Below the pieces are notes generated by a model that saw nothing but the letters and a program-made list of their open reading frames with translations, ran no database searches and was not told where the DNA came from. A stretch of DNA of 64,000 bases from an uncultured Candidatus Saccharibacteria bacterium (GTDB lineage Bacteria > Patescibacteriota > Minisyncoccia > Phycocordibacterales > UBA5272), in contig CAYXKW010000005.1 in the NCBI GenBank assembly GCA_964464695.1, positions 8,677 to 72,676 of the forward strand, read 5' to 3'. A program made the translations under genes and the position numbers. Positions 38,487 to 48,837 of this stretch are shown one piece after another (the first letter of the stretch is position 1; each line of letters opens with the position of its first letter).

Positions 38487-39557
38487 TTATTTAAAAAAGG
38501 AATTAATTTGATTATTAGTAAATTCTACTACATCTTCATTTTTTTCATAATAATTTTTATACCAATCAAAAGTAAGAGTTATTGTATCTCCAAAGCTAAC
38601 TCTTGGTTCCCAGCCCAGCTGACGAAACGTTTTATTGATATCTAACGTTAGCAGACCTGCCTCATGTTTACCTGTTGTATCAGGCTCAATTACATATAAA
38701 AATTCAGGGACAACTTTCTTTGTTTCTTTCAGTAAACTTTCAACACTTGCAAAATTAGTAGTGTGTGGACCAAAATTCCATGCCTGAGAAAGATCTATTT
38801 CATTTTCATGTAGCCGTTTAGCTAACATTAAATACCCCGATAATGGCTCAAGTACATGTTGCCAAGGTCGCACTGATTCAGGGTTTCTTATTTCAACACT
38901 ATTTTTATCATGATATATCGATCTAACAACATCAGGAATGAGTCGATAGTCTGACCAGTCGCCACCTCCTATAACATTTCCAGCGCGTGCAATAGCGACA
39001 AGTGTCGAATGCTTCGTGCCAAAATCTTTTGGATTAAAGAAAGATTGAAGATACGAGTTCGTGATAATATCTGCCGCTGCTTTACTTGCACTATAAGGAT
39101 CATACCCACCAAGAGGATCACTTTCGCGATATGGATAGTGCCATTCCTTATTTTCATACACCTTGTCTGTTGTGATGACCACAGCACTCTTTACACACTC
39201 AACTTCACGTATCGCTTCAAGAATATTTGTAGTCCCCATACAGTTTGTGGAAAAGGTTTTTACAGGATCCTTATAGCTAGTTCTTACAATTGGCTGAGCC
39301 GCTAGGTGAAAAACAATTTCTGGTTTTTCCTTTTCAAAAATCTTTTTCATTTCCTCTCCATCTCGAATATCAGTGAAATAATTAGTTACTTTTTTTTCAA
39401 TGCCGAGTGCATCAAAAATATTAGGAGTTGTGGCAGGACGAAGAGAAACACCAACTACATCTGCTCCCCAAGTAAGCAATATCTGAGTAAGCCACGACCC
39501 CTTAAATCCAGTATGGCCGGTAATAAGGATTTTTTTGTTTGTATAAAATTCTTTCAT
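38487..39557 (-). CDS. rfbG: CDP-glucose 4,6-dehydratase
   Basis: KKILITGHTGFKGSWLTQIL plus SDR YxxxK (YSASKAA). 356 aa, adjacent to rfbF. Confidence 0.8.
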   Translation of the reverse strand: MKEFYTNKKILITGHTGFKGSWLTQILLTWGADVVGVSLRPATTPNIFDALGIEKKVTNYFTDIRDGEEMKKIFEKEKPEIVFHLAAQPIVRTSYKDPVKTFSTNCMGTTNILEAIREVECVKSAVVITTDKVYENKEWHYPYRESDPLGGYDPYSASKAAADIITNSYLQSFFNPKDFGTKHSTLVAIARAGNVIGGGDWSDYRLIPDVVRSIYHDKNSVEIRNPESVRPWQHVLEPLSGYLMLAKRLHENEIDLSQAWNFGPHTTNFASVESLLKETKKVVPEFLYVIEPDTTGKHEAGLLTLDINKTFRQLGWEPRVSFGDTITLTFDWYKNYYEKNEDVVEFTNNQINSFFK

Positions 39558-39709
39558 TACTATATTATATTTCGATTATATCCTTTATTACACTCGTTAA
39601 CAAACTTAAATTTTATATAAAATAGCATGTATTTACGGTAATCTATCCGAAACATAACCCTACGGAAAATATCTTTTACTCTCTTACTGTTGCCATTAGG
39701 AAACAAAAA

Positions 39710-39737
39710 GCCCAGAACAAAGTTCTGGGTAGTGGTC
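39710..39737 (-). terminator. intrinsic terminator for 39779..40318 (cccagaac/gttctggg stem, then a T-run on the minus strand)
   Basis: Seen directly in the sequence. Confidence 0.6.
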
Positions 39738-39778
39738 ACAGTCTCTTGATGATACTGCAACACATTTAAAAGACTATT

Positions 39779-40318
39779 TTAGTCACACAAAAGAATTCCA
39801 TCAATCAGGTACTGTTTAACTCGACGGAGAATGTACTTATGGTGAGCAAGAGTATTGTCTGGCAGATCATCTAGTGAAAAAAAACTTGCCCCCTGCTGAT
39901 TAATAAAAACAGAGGTCAGATAAGCGATGTGTACCAAGGAACATTCCACACGAGTTGGATTACTATTTGGACCATCTTCCTCAATCCCTCTGTAAACGCC
40001 CATCCAACCAATAGGTTGAGGTTTAGTTACCGTCACACCGAAGTTTTTTGTCAGCTCACCCGAAACGAGCTTCTCCCGACGCTCAGGGATTGTTTCCCAA
40101 GCATTCCACACTGAGCCCGGATGGTGCCATCCTTTGAATTCAAAATCGTCCCTATACACAAGGAAAACTTCGTTTCTTTCATTAAGAACAATGAGCTCAA
40201 TCGGAACTGTTGGGAAAATCTTTACCAGTGCATGCCACAGGGAGCCACGGATATCAGTGCTAACTGCTTTTCCCAAAAGAGTCGTCAGTTGAAGTTTCTC
40301 TTCTTGGTTGAGAGCCAT
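39779..40318 (-). CDS. hypothetical protein, possibly a degenerate NUDIX-like fold; GC (~43%) somewhat above the local background
   Basis: 179-aa ORF with its own terminator. GWHHPGSVWNAWETIPERREKLVSGEL is only loosely NUDIX-like. Confidence 0.4.
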   Translation of the reverse strand: MALNQEEKLQLTTLLGKAVSTDIRGSLWHALVKIFPTVPIELIVLNERNEVFLVYRDDFEFKGWHHPGSVWNAWETIPERREKLVSGELTKNFGVTVTKPQPIGWMGVYRGIEEDGPNSNPTRVECSLVHIAYLTSVFINQQGASFFSLDDLPDNTLAHHKYILRRVKQYLIDGILLCD

Positions 40319-40488
40319 GTAGAACCTCTTTCAATAGTAAATAAAAAAAGAAAGACAGAGCCGAAAGCTCTCATTATTTATTATATAACAAATATAAGAT
40401 TTGTCAATTATCAACGCCCTTACCAAAACGCCTCGACAACTTTTTTGTTACATGATTACACATCCTCAAATTTGAGTTCTTAGTGAAG

Positions 40489-40517
40489 TTAATTCATTAT
40501 ATTTACTATGATATAAT
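40489..40517 (+). promoter_or_regulatory. extended -10 promoter (TGaTATAAT) upstream of the DegT/wzx/GT operon
   Basis: tgatataat at 40509-40517, 43 nt upstream of the ATG at 40560. Confidence 0.35.
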
Positions 40518-40559
40518 ATCGAAATACACTAAGCGGTATCATTTAATACATTAATTACT

Positions 40560-41783
40560 ATGGCAAAAGCAAAACAAGCAAAATTACGAGTTCCTTATGG
40601 ATTTTCAGTACACGGACAAGAAGAGATTGATGCAGTGGTAGAAGTTTTACGTGGTAATACTGCTATCGGTGACAAAACAACTGAATTTGAAGCAAAGGTT
40701 GCTAAGATGTTCGGTAAAAAATTTGGCGTCATGGTTAACTCTGGCTCTTCTGCTAATCTTCTTGCATTTGAATTACTCAACCTTCCTAAAGGTTCTGAAG
40801 TAATAACCCCTGCTCTTACATTTGCAACTGTTGTTGCACCTATTGTTCAAAAAGGACTCATTCCTGTTTTTGTTGATGTTGACCCAACAACATACTTAGT
40901 AAATATCGAACAAGTAAAAAGTGCCATCACTAAAAAAACAAAAGCACTCATGATTCCTCTACTTATGGGGAATATCCCAAACATGAAGGAGCTTGCTGCG
41001 ATTGCAAAAAAACATAAACTTTTCTTTATCGAGGATTCGTGCGATACTCTTGGCGGAAAATTTGAAGGTAAACCTACTGGATTGCACTCTGACATCTCGG
41101 TGACTAGTTTTTATGGATCACATATAATTAATGGTGCAGGAGGAGGAGGAATGATCATGGTGAATGATCCAAAGTGGGAACAGCGACTTAAGGTTCTTCG
41201 TGGCTGGGGTCGTCAATCATCTCTCTATGGAGAGAAAGGTAATTCTGAACTTCTTAAGAATCGTTTCAATTATAAACTTGGAGGCATCCCTTACGATAAC
41301 AAATTTATTTTTAGTGAGGTTGGATACAATTTTCTTCCTCTTGAGATTTCTTCTGCATTTGCGCTTGCACAAATGAAACGACTCCCAGGTTTTTTGGAGA
41401 AAAGAAGAGTAAATTTTGAGAATCTTATGAGCTACATTGGGAGTAAGGATAAATACTTTATACTACCGACGCAGACACCAGATACAGAAACTGCGTGGTT
41501 AGCATTTCCTATTATCATTAAACCAAAGTCCCCTTTCACAAGACTTGAAATTGTAACGTATCTTGAGGAAGCAAACATTCAAACACGTCCAGTTTTTGCT
41601 GGTAATATTCTTAAGCAACCAGGATATCGTAAAATAGAAAATAGAAAAATTAGTGCGGCATTTCCAAATACAGACACCATCATGAAAAATGCTTTTGTGT
41701 TGGCATGTCACCATGGACTAGATGAGCACCAAATCAAGTACGTGCAAGATACAATGGATACATTTCTTGCAAAGTATAAATAA
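40560..41783 (+). CDS. DegT/DnrJ/EryC1/StrS-family PLP/PMP enzyme with His replacing the Schiff-base Lys; a sugar 3-dehydrase (E1/ColD-like) candidate
   Basis: Family signatures GVMVNSGSSANLLA and DSCDTLGG. At the usual SFxxxK position the sequence is SFYGSHIINGAGGGG, with H instead of K as in CDP-6-deoxy-4-hexulose 3-dehydrase and ColD. Confidence 0.65.
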   Translation: MAKAKQAKLRVPYGFSVHGQEEIDAVVEVLRGNTAIGDKTTEFEAKVAKMFGKKFGVMVNSGSSANLLAFELLNLPKGSEVITPALTFATVVAPIVQKGLIPVFVDVDPTTYLVNIEQVKSAITKKTKALMIPLLMGNIPNMKELAAIAKKHKLFFIEDSCDTLGGKFEGKPTGLHSDISVTSFYGSHIINGAGGGGMIMVNDPKWEQRLKVLRGWGRQSSLYGEKGNSELLKNRFNYKLGGIPYDNKFIFSEVGYNFLPLEISSAFALAQMKRLPGFLEKRRVNFENLMSYIGSKDKYFILPTQTPDTETAWLAFPIIIKPKSPFTRLEIVTYLEEANIQTRPVFAGNILKQPGYRKIENRKISAAFPNTDTIMKNAFVLACHHGLDEHQIKYVQDTMDTFLAKYK

Positions 41784-41850
41784 CAAATAAAGTAACAGTG
41801 GTGAAATAGTAAGAAAAAGCACATAACCAATTCTTACAAATTAAATACTC

Positions 41851-43146
41851 ATGAAGTACTCCGAAATCACAAACTACGTACGTGAAAAAATAAAACACCC
41901 AGGAGTACAAAAACACACCAAAAACATGGGGTGGATGTTTTTTGCAAAAATTGCAAGTATGATTATTGCATTTATTGCAACTGCATATATCGCAAGAAAT
42001 CTTGGGCCAACAAATTATGGAGAACTAAGTTACGCAATTAGCTTTGTTGGCATTTTTTCATTCCTTGCTTCTCTTGGTGTTGAACAAATCTTATACCGTG
42101 ACGCAATACGTAATCCGGAAAAAAGAGATGTGTACCTCGGCAGCGCAATCGCTTTACGTATTATTACATCACTAGCAACAGCATTACTGTGTGTCTTAGT
42201 TGCGCTCCTAGTGTCCCCTAAAGATGTTTCACTTCTGCTTATTATTATAATAAGTATGACGTTTGTAAGTGGATCGTTTGGTCTCCTTACAACTGAATTT
42301 CAGGCGGATGCACAATCGAAATATCCATCAATTTTTTCAATCTTTATAGTTATTGTTTTAAATCTTTTAAAAATACTGGTTATTTACTTTGATAAAGGTG
42401 TCATTTATTTAGCAGGGGTAATACTTCTTGAACCGATTCTCTACTCAGCAATGTTTATGTATCTCCGTTCAAAATTTTACGGGAGCCTGCAAAACCTTAG
42501 CTTCGATAAAGGGATAGCTATTCAACTTTTAAAAGATTCTTACCCACTTATATTTGCTTCTGCATTCTTTTTAATTTATGCAAGGATTGACCAAGTAATG
42601 ATTAAAAACATGATGGGAGCTCAATATGTAGGGCTATATGATGCAGCGGTTAGAATGTCAGAAATTTCATATTTTATTCCAAATATAATTGTTGCAGCAC
42701 TGTTTCCAGCAATAATAAATGCTAAAAAAATATCGGACACATTGTACTTTAAAAGACTCAAGAAAATACTTATTTTACTACTTGTGGTATCAGCTGGAAT
42801 TGCTTGTGTAACAGCACTCCTATCTAAATACTTTACACTAATCATCTTTGGTACAAAATTTTTAGAAACAGTACCTATCCTAGAGATTTACGTATGGAGC
42901 AATATAGGCGCTGCGCTTAATCTACTTATTCAACAAATTCTTATTGCTGAAAATTTTACCAAAAAAGTTACTTTAACAATCTTTTTTGGTATGGCAATCA
43001 ACGTAATACTTAACTTTATTTTTATACCTCGTTTCGGTATGGCTGGCGCTGCATATGCAAGTCTCATCTCGTATTTCATTCCTTTTCTTACACTGTTTAT
43101 GTTCAAGAATACTAGATTCCTCTTTATTAATATACTAAAAAGTTAG
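41851..43146 (+). CDS. wzx: Wzx-type polysaccharide/O-antigen flippase (MOP superfamily)
   Basis: 431 aa, ~12 TM segments, polysacc_synt-like N-terminus (FFAKIASMIIAFIATAYIARNLGPTNYG). Confidence 0.7.
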   Translation: MKYSEITNYVREKIKHPGVQKHTKNMGWMFFAKIASMIIAFIATAYIARNLGPTNYGELSYAISFVGIFSFLASLGVEQILYRDAIRNPEKRDVYLGSAIALRIITSLATALLCVLVALLVSPKDVSLLLIIIISMTFVSGSFGLLTTEFQADAQSKYPSIFSIFIVIVLNLLKILVIYFDKGVIYLAGVILLEPILYSAMFMYLRSKFYGSLQNLSFDKGIAIQLLKDSYPLIFASAFFLIYARIDQVMIKNMMGAQYVGLYDAAVRMSEISYFIPNIIVAALFPAIINAKKISDTLYFKRLKKILILLLVVSAGIACVTALLSKYFTLIIFGTKFLETVPILEIYVWSNIGAALNLLIQQILIAENFTKKVTLTIFFGMAINVILNFIFIPRFGMAGAAYASLISYFIPFLTLFMFKNTRFLFINILKS

Positions 43147-43212
43147 AACAGTAGCCTTCAACGCTTTTACCTCTTGCTAAAAAGAAATATACCATCCTAA
43201 TCATTACCATTC

Positions 43213-44184
43213 ATGAAAACTCCTCTTCTAACAATAAGTATTCCAACATATAACAGGGCACATTATCTAGAAGACTGCCTTAACAGTATTAATATTCAAC
43301 TTGACCGTCACAAAGAACTGCAAGACATAGTCGAGGTTGTTATATCGGATAACGCAAGCACAGATTCTACTAAAGAAGTTGCAGAGAAGTACAGAGATAG
43401 TTTTAAAAATTTTGTTTATATTGTAAATGAAAAGAATCTTGGTTTCGATTTAAATATCTTCAACGTCGTAAAGAACTCATCTGGTGTTTATTGTTGGTAT
43501 CTGGCGGACGATGACGTTTTAATTAATGGATCAATTGATTACATAATTGAAAAACTACAGTCAAATAAATATGACGTAATCACCATGGGTTCATCACCAG
43601 TAACCGAAGCTGATTATAGAGTTCGTAAAACATTTAACAATAACGATATACATGAGACAAAAAATGCAGATGAGTTTTTTCATGGTAACCATAACCTAGG
43701 AGGAGTCAGTAACCTACTTTTTAATCGAGAGTCATGGATGAAGTCTGTTGATGTTGAAAACCATCTTCCATACTGGTTATATAACGAAACAGTCCTAAAA
43801 ATATTCACAATGACTGACAAAAAAATGCTCAATGTCTTGCAAACGTTAATTTATACTGGTCAGGATTGTAGATGGTCAGAAAATGGAGCAGAACTTTTTA
43901 CATTTATAAACTCAAATCTAATGCTAGAAAGAGTCTCTCATCTCGGATTTGATAAAAAAAGAATTGATTCTATTTTAGAGAAAAATAGAAAATTAATCCC
44001 TATAATTCTTTTACGCGCTAAAGGACATGGTTTAGATTGTAATTTTAAGAACTTAGATTATATTTATAAAAATTTAAGTAAAGTAGGGATACTTTATTTG
44101 TCTATAGCCACAATACTATACTTTATTCCAAATAAAATCATAATACTTATTCGTGATCTTAGAAAAAAAATGAAGAAATGGTAA
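43213..44184 (+). CDS. family 2 glycosyltransferase
   Basis: LLTISIPTYNRAHYLEDCLNSI ... VISDNASTDST ... ADDD. Confidence 0.7.
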   Translation: MKTPLLTISIPTYNRAHYLEDCLNSINIQLDRHKELQDIVEVVISDNASTDSTKEVAEKYRDSFKNFVYIVNEKNLGFDLNIFNVVKNSSGVYCWYLADDDVLINGSIDYIIEKLQSNKYDVITMGSSPVTEADYRVRKTFNNNDIHETKNADEFFHGNHNLGGVSNLLFNRESWMKSVDVENHLPYWLYNETVLKIFTMTDKKMLNVLQTLIYTGQDCRWSENGAELFTFINSNLMLERVSHLGFDKKRIDSILEKNRKLIPIILLRAKGHGLDCNFKNLDYIYKNLSKVGILYLSIATILYFIPNKIIILIRDLRKKMKKW

Positions 44185-44292
44185 TGTTTTTTAATTTTAT
44201 AGATACCTAAAAAACCTCTATTTTTTAAATATGCTGATGAAAAAAATATGTTATAATTTAGTTATTATTATCACTATTTCTTTGTAATTTCC

Positions 44293-45216
44293 ATGCAAAA
44301 ATTCTCATCAAAAATAAGAGGTATCACTCGTGGGATTAAACAAAGACTTTTCTATATCAGAAATGCTAAGTATGGATTTAGCTTTATATTCCTCCTCCCT
44401 GGATCCTTGCGTGAAAAATTTGGAGACAATACATTCTTTAGAACATTAATTAAAAACAATAAAAATATACACTTAAGAAAATCAGGTAGCTCCATGTTAC
44501 TCCAAGCAGGTAATTTTACTTTACGATTCCCGAAAGGTTGTTTCTATGAAACTGATTTTTTTGACATATTATACCCTAGGCTACATCTTAAAGACGACCT
44601 CATCGAGAATATTGTTTATAAAAATCCATTTTATGTGTCTGAGGGTTCATACGAAAAATTTGGAGTAAGGCTTTCACCTGATGATTTTGTTCTTGATGCT
44701 GGTGCAAATATTGGTATGTTTTCAGTATTAGCCAGTAGCGTTGTTGGCGAACATGGCAAAATTTTTGCATTTGAACCACTTAAAGAAATTAGTGATGTCC
44801 TTGAAGAAAATAATTCTAAAAATAATTGTAATAATATAATTATTGAAAATAAAATACTGGGAGAAAAAAATAAAACAGTGGAATTTTATTATAATCTTGA
44901 CTCAAATTATAATGCAGCTTCAAAAACATTAAAACACGATGGTGACAAAGTTGTTTCATTAGAGCAAGTAACTTTAGACGAGTACGTTATGAAAAATAAT
45001 ATTAAAAAAATAAATTTCATTAAAGCAGACATAGAAGGAGCAGAGAGAGACCTCCTTAAAGGTGCAGAAAAAACCATAAAGGAATTTAAACCAAAACTCG
45101 CAATCAGGACGTATCATCTTCCAGATGACCCTGAAGTGCTCTATAACATAGTAAGGAGTTATGTGCCAGAGTACAATATTAAGCTAGACAATAAAACATT
45201 ATACGCATGGATGTAA
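44293..45216 (+). CDS. FkbM-family SAM-dependent methyltransferase
   Basis: VLDAGANIGMFSVLASSVVGEHGKIFAFEP is the typical FkbM motif. Confidence 0.65.
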   Translation: MQKFSSKIRGITRGIKQRLFYIRNAKYGFSFIFLLPGSLREKFGDNTFFRTLIKNNKNIHLRKSGSSMLLQAGNFTLRFPKGCFYETDFFDILYPRLHLKDDLIENIVYKNPFYVSEGSYEKFGVRLSPDDFVLDAGANIGMFSVLASSVVGEHGKIFAFEPLKEISDVLEENNSKNNCNNIIIENKILGEKNKTVEFYYNLDSNYNAASKTLKHDGDKVVSLEQVTLDEYVMKNNIKKINFIKADIEGAERDLLKGAEKTIKEFKPKLAIRTYHLPDDPEVLYNIVRSYVPEYNIKLDNKTLYAWM

Positions 45217-46190
45217 CCAAAAAAAACCAAAAAATTATTGCTCTTATCCCTTTTAGAAATGAAGAGTGGATTTTGAAGGAGTTTATTTCTTCAGTTAAGA
45301 AAATAACTCCTAACATAGTTGCGTACGACGACGGATCTACTGACGGAGGAACTGCACTGCTACAAGATGCAGGTGCAACAATTTTAAAAAAGAGTTTTGA
45401 AGTAAAGTCAGGTTGGGCTGAACATAATATACGTCAAATACTTTTAACTGAGGGGAGGAAGCTCGGCGGTACGCATTTTATATGTCTAGACGCTGATGAA
45501 ATTTTTTCAAATAACTTCTATAAACATGCTGAAAAAACCATTCTGTCTTTACTTCCAGGACAAAGTTTATGGATGGACTGGGTAACATTATACAGAGACA
45601 TACACACGGAGAGAATTGATGGTGTTTATAAAAATATTAATAAGAATTTTATTTTTTGTGATGATAAAGACATTGAATTTACCTATGCATTTCTAGGGGT
45701 TAGTAGAACCCCTGGGGACCTTCGTAATAAATGTACGGTTGGCAGAAATATTGGTTCAGTGATACATTACCAATATCTAAATATCGACAGATCGGCAATG
45801 AAACGTGTTTGGTATATGTGTTCGGAACATATACAAAATATTAGGACACCTCTGAGAATTAATACTACCTATGATATACAGAAAGACAGGGATACAATTC
45901 TAACCCAAGGAATAGACAACGATGCGGCTTTTAATATTGTTGATAAGACAATTTCCGAATATAAACAGCAAGAAGACTGGAGATTCAAAACATTACTTGA
46001 GTGGTTTGAAAAATATGGTATTGAATTTTTTGAGCCACTTGATATATGGGAAATAGATTATTTTAAAAAGTTATTCAAAGAAAAAACAGGAAGAGACCCA
46101 GAGCCATCTGTTCTCCCCCCTTGGCTTTTGTACGTAAATGACATTAAGAATAAAATAAAGGTATCTCTCTATTACATAAGAGGTAAATAA
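45207..46190 (+). CDS. family 2 glycosyltransferase
   Basis: IIALIPFRNEEWILKEF...VAYDDGSTDG ... CLDADE. Confidence 0.6.
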   Translation: MDVTKKNQKIIALIPFRNEEWILKEFISSVKKITPNIVAYDDGSTDGGTALLQDAGATILKKSFEVKSGWAEHNIRQILLTEGRKLGGTHFICLDADEIFSNNFYKHAEKTILSLLPGQSLWMDWVTLYRDIHTERIDGVYKNINKNFIFCDDKDIEFTYAFLGVSRTPGDLRNKCTVGRNIGSVIHYQYLNIDRSAMKRVWYMCSEHIQNIRTPLRINTTYDIQKDRDTILTQGIDNDAAFNIVDKTISEYKQQEDWRFKTLLEWFEKYGIEFFEPLDIWEIDYFKKLFKEKTGRDPEPSVLPPWLLYVNDIKNKIKVSLYYIRGK

Positions 46191-46203
46191 ATGCACTTAA
46201 CTC

Positions 46204-47124
46204 ATGGAAATATTTTCTAACTTTAAAAAAAATGTCCCTCTTCCAGTGCGTATACATGTTGGACCAATTGTTGCATATTTTTTCTACAAATATCATACGC
46301 GCATACGAAAAAATCCATTTTCACCAAAAATTCTTTCAATTGAGGAAACTCTTGATCTGCTCCATGAAAAGAGTCTCTCTGCTATTCGTTTCGGAGATGG
46401 TGAAATATCCATCATTGGTAAGATAAGTCTTTCGTTTCAAAAAAGTAATACCAAACTTGCTGAGGAACTTAAGAAAATCATCCAAGTAAACGACCCTAAA
46501 CTTCTCATTTGTATATTAAATATTTGGGATAAAAGAATACATGAACTGGAGAAACATGTGTACACTTTTGAACTCCATCACTTTTTGAAGTATCGAACTA
46601 TTTGGACTTCATTACTTTCTTTAACTCAGACCTACGGAGATGCTTTCATAACCAGACCATACATCACCCTGAAAGACAAAGATAGAGCAAGTAGTATCTT
46701 CAAGAAACTAAAATTACTCTGGCATAACAAGGAGGTTGTTTTAATTGAAGGTGAAAAAGCAAGAAGTGGTGTAGGTAATGATTTATTTTCCGAGACCGCT
46801 TCATTAGAAAGGATACTCTGTCCCTCGGAGGATGCTTTTGAAAAATATAATGAAATTAAAGAAATCTGCTTAAAAATAAATAAGGGTAAACTTATTCTTA
46901 TATCTCTTGGCCCAACAGCAAAACCTCTTGCGTATGAACTTTTCCTTGCTGGCTACAGAGTTATTGATATTGGCCACACTGATATGGAGTACGAAATGTA
47001 CATTCGAAAAGAGTCCAAAATAACAAAAGTTCCATATAAATATTTTAACGAAATAAATGAGAGGAATCCAGAAGACTGTAGTGACGAAACATATCTTAGC
47101 CAGATAATTGCAAAAATAACCTAA
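46204..47124 (+). CDS. GT-D fold glycosyltransferase-like protein (DUF1792 family)
   Basis: SAIRFGDGEISIIG matches the DUF1792 RFGDGE signature. Confidence 0.5.
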   Translation: MEIFSNFKKNVPLPVRIHVGPIVAYFFYKYHTRIRKNPFSPKILSIEETLDLLHEKSLSAIRFGDGEISIIGKISLSFQKSNTKLAEELKKIIQVNDPKLLICILNIWDKRIHELEKHVYTFELHHFLKYRTIWTSLLSLTQTYGDAFITRPYITLKDKDRASSIFKKLKLLWHNKEVVLIEGEKARSGVGNDLFSETASLERILCPSEDAFEKYNEIKEICLKINKGKLILISLGPTAKPLAYELFLAGYRVIDIGHTDMEYEMYIRKESKITKVPYKYFNEINERNPEDCSDETYLSQIIAKIT

Positions 47125-47177
47125 AAGTTCATTAAATGTTATAATTATCTATACTTTAATAAATTCGAAATAAACAC

Positions 47178-48041
47178 ATGAAATATCTAGTCTTAGGATC
47201 CAGTGGTCAAATTGGTGAAGCGCTTGTCTCACAAATCAGAAAAAATAAGGAGCATCAGGTATTCGAATTTGATTTAGAAAATTCTCCAACAGAAGACTTA
47301 AGAACATATAAAAATGAATTGCTTGAAAAGCTCGTCCAAGATGTAGACTTTGTATTCTTTTTAGCGTTTGATGTCGGAGGATCAAGATATTTAGCTACAT
47401 ATCAGAATACATATGATTTTGTTTCAAATAATATGAAAATAATGGACAGAACTTTTGATGTTCTCAAAAAAAATAATAAACCATTTATTTTTGCCTCAAG
47501 CCAAATGGCAAACATGTCATACTCAAGTTATGGTCTCTTAAAATCAATTGGTGAGAAGACTACGGAGATCCTTGGTGGGATTGTTGTAAAATTTTGGAAT
47601 GTCTACGGCCTAGAGCATGATAAAAATAAATTTCATGTGATTACAGATCTCATCATTAAAGCTGCTTCAACTGGCAATATTAATTTAATGACAGACGGAA
47701 CAGAAGAAAGACAGTTTCTATACGCTGAAGACTGCAGTGAATGTCTGTTAACCCTCTCCTCTCAGTATCGAAACATCCCAAGAACTGAAGAACTTCATGT
47801 TACTAATTTTAAGTGGACAAACATTCTTGAAGTAGCCACTATTATTGCATCACATTTCCCAAATTCAATAATTACCCCAGCCACTTCAAAAGATGAAGTG
47901 CAGAAGAACAAGAGAAATGAACCAAATACATCGATCCTAAATTACTGGAAGCCAAAAACAAACATAGAGGATGGAATTTCATCTATTGTCGCTGAAATGA
48001 AAAAACATCCTGCGAAATATCCTGGAATGCCATTAAATTAA
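47178..48041 (+). CDS. NAD-dependent epimerase/dehydratase family protein
   Basis: YLVLGSSGQIGEALVSQI Rossmann motif. Confidence 0.55.
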   Translation: MKYLVLGSSGQIGEALVSQIRKNKEHQVFEFDLENSPTEDLRTYKNELLEKLVQDVDFVFFLAFDVGGSRYLATYQNTYDFVSNNMKIMDRTFDVLKKNNKPFIFASSQMANMSYSSYGLLKSIGEKTTEILGGIVVKFWNVYGLEHDKNKFHVITDLIIKAASTGNINLMTDGTEERQFLYAEDCSECLLTLSSQYRNIPRTEELHVTNFKWTNILEVATIIASHFPNSIITPATSKDEVQKNKRNEPNTSILNYWKPKTNIEDGISSIVAEMKKHPAKYPGMPLN

Positions 48042-48069
48042 AAGCAAAACTTTAACGTAAAAGATCCTT

Positions 48070-48828
48070 ATGAAAATAACTAATGCATTGAAAGCATCAA
48101 AATATTACCAATTGCGTGTAATGATTGAATCTTTAATTGAGAATACTATAGGATCTTTTTTGTTCCAGTATCAAAAAAAAGATAACATGTTTAATTGGTT
48201 CTATAATAGTTTAAAGTATCAATTAGACAATCAACTTTACTCTCCACGATTTAATTACTATGAATTTGGGGTGGCGAGTGGTGGCTCAATGAAAATCTAC
48301 ATACTGGCATTAAAGAAGTTTTGTAAGGACCACAACCAAGATATCACCAAGTATCACATCTATGGTTTTGATAGTTTTTCAGGACTTCCAGAGGGAACAC
48401 AAGAAGACGTGCGAGCAGATTGGGCTAAAGGTAATTTTAGTTACGGAAAAGAAATTGTCATGAGCATGATCAAGTCTACAGGATTTCCAGTGAATAATGT
48501 CCACCTTGTTGAAGGGTTTTTTGAAGATACATTAACAAATAAACTAAGAGATACTTGCTCAAAACATGTACCATCAATTATAAATATGGATGCTGACTTC
48601 CACTCATCTACAGTAGCGGCATTTGCTTGGCTTCAACCTATGCTTGCAAGTGGGGCATTGTTTAGATTTGATGACATTTGGGCATTTTATGGGCACCCTG
48701 AAAAAGGAGAAATTAAAGCAATTAATGATTTTAATGAATTGAAAAATGGAACTCTTACACAATTTCCTATTCTTGGATTAGCAAGTTACGTATACATATA
48801 TGCTAAAAGAGATTTTGAATACATATAA
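48070..48828 (+). CDS. TylF/MycF-like (macrocin O-methyltransferase family) SAM-dependent sugar O-methyltransferase
   Basis: YEFGVASGGSMKIY ... NMDADFHSSTVAAFAWLQPMLASGALFRFDDIWAF follows the TylF pattern. Confidence 0.5.
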   Translation: MKITNALKASKYYQLRVMIESLIENTIGSFLFQYQKKDNMFNWFYNSLKYQLDNQLYSPRFNYYEFGVASGGSMKIYILALKKFCKDHNQDITKYHIYGFDSFSGLPEGTQEDVRADWAKGNFSYGKEIVMSMIKSTGFPVNNVHLVEGFFEDTLTNKLRDTCSKHVPSIINMDADFHSSTVAAFAWLQPMLASGALFRFDDIWAFYGHPEKGEIKAINDFNELKNGTLTQFPILGLASYVYIYAKRDFEYI

Positions 48829-48837
48829 TAAAGTATA

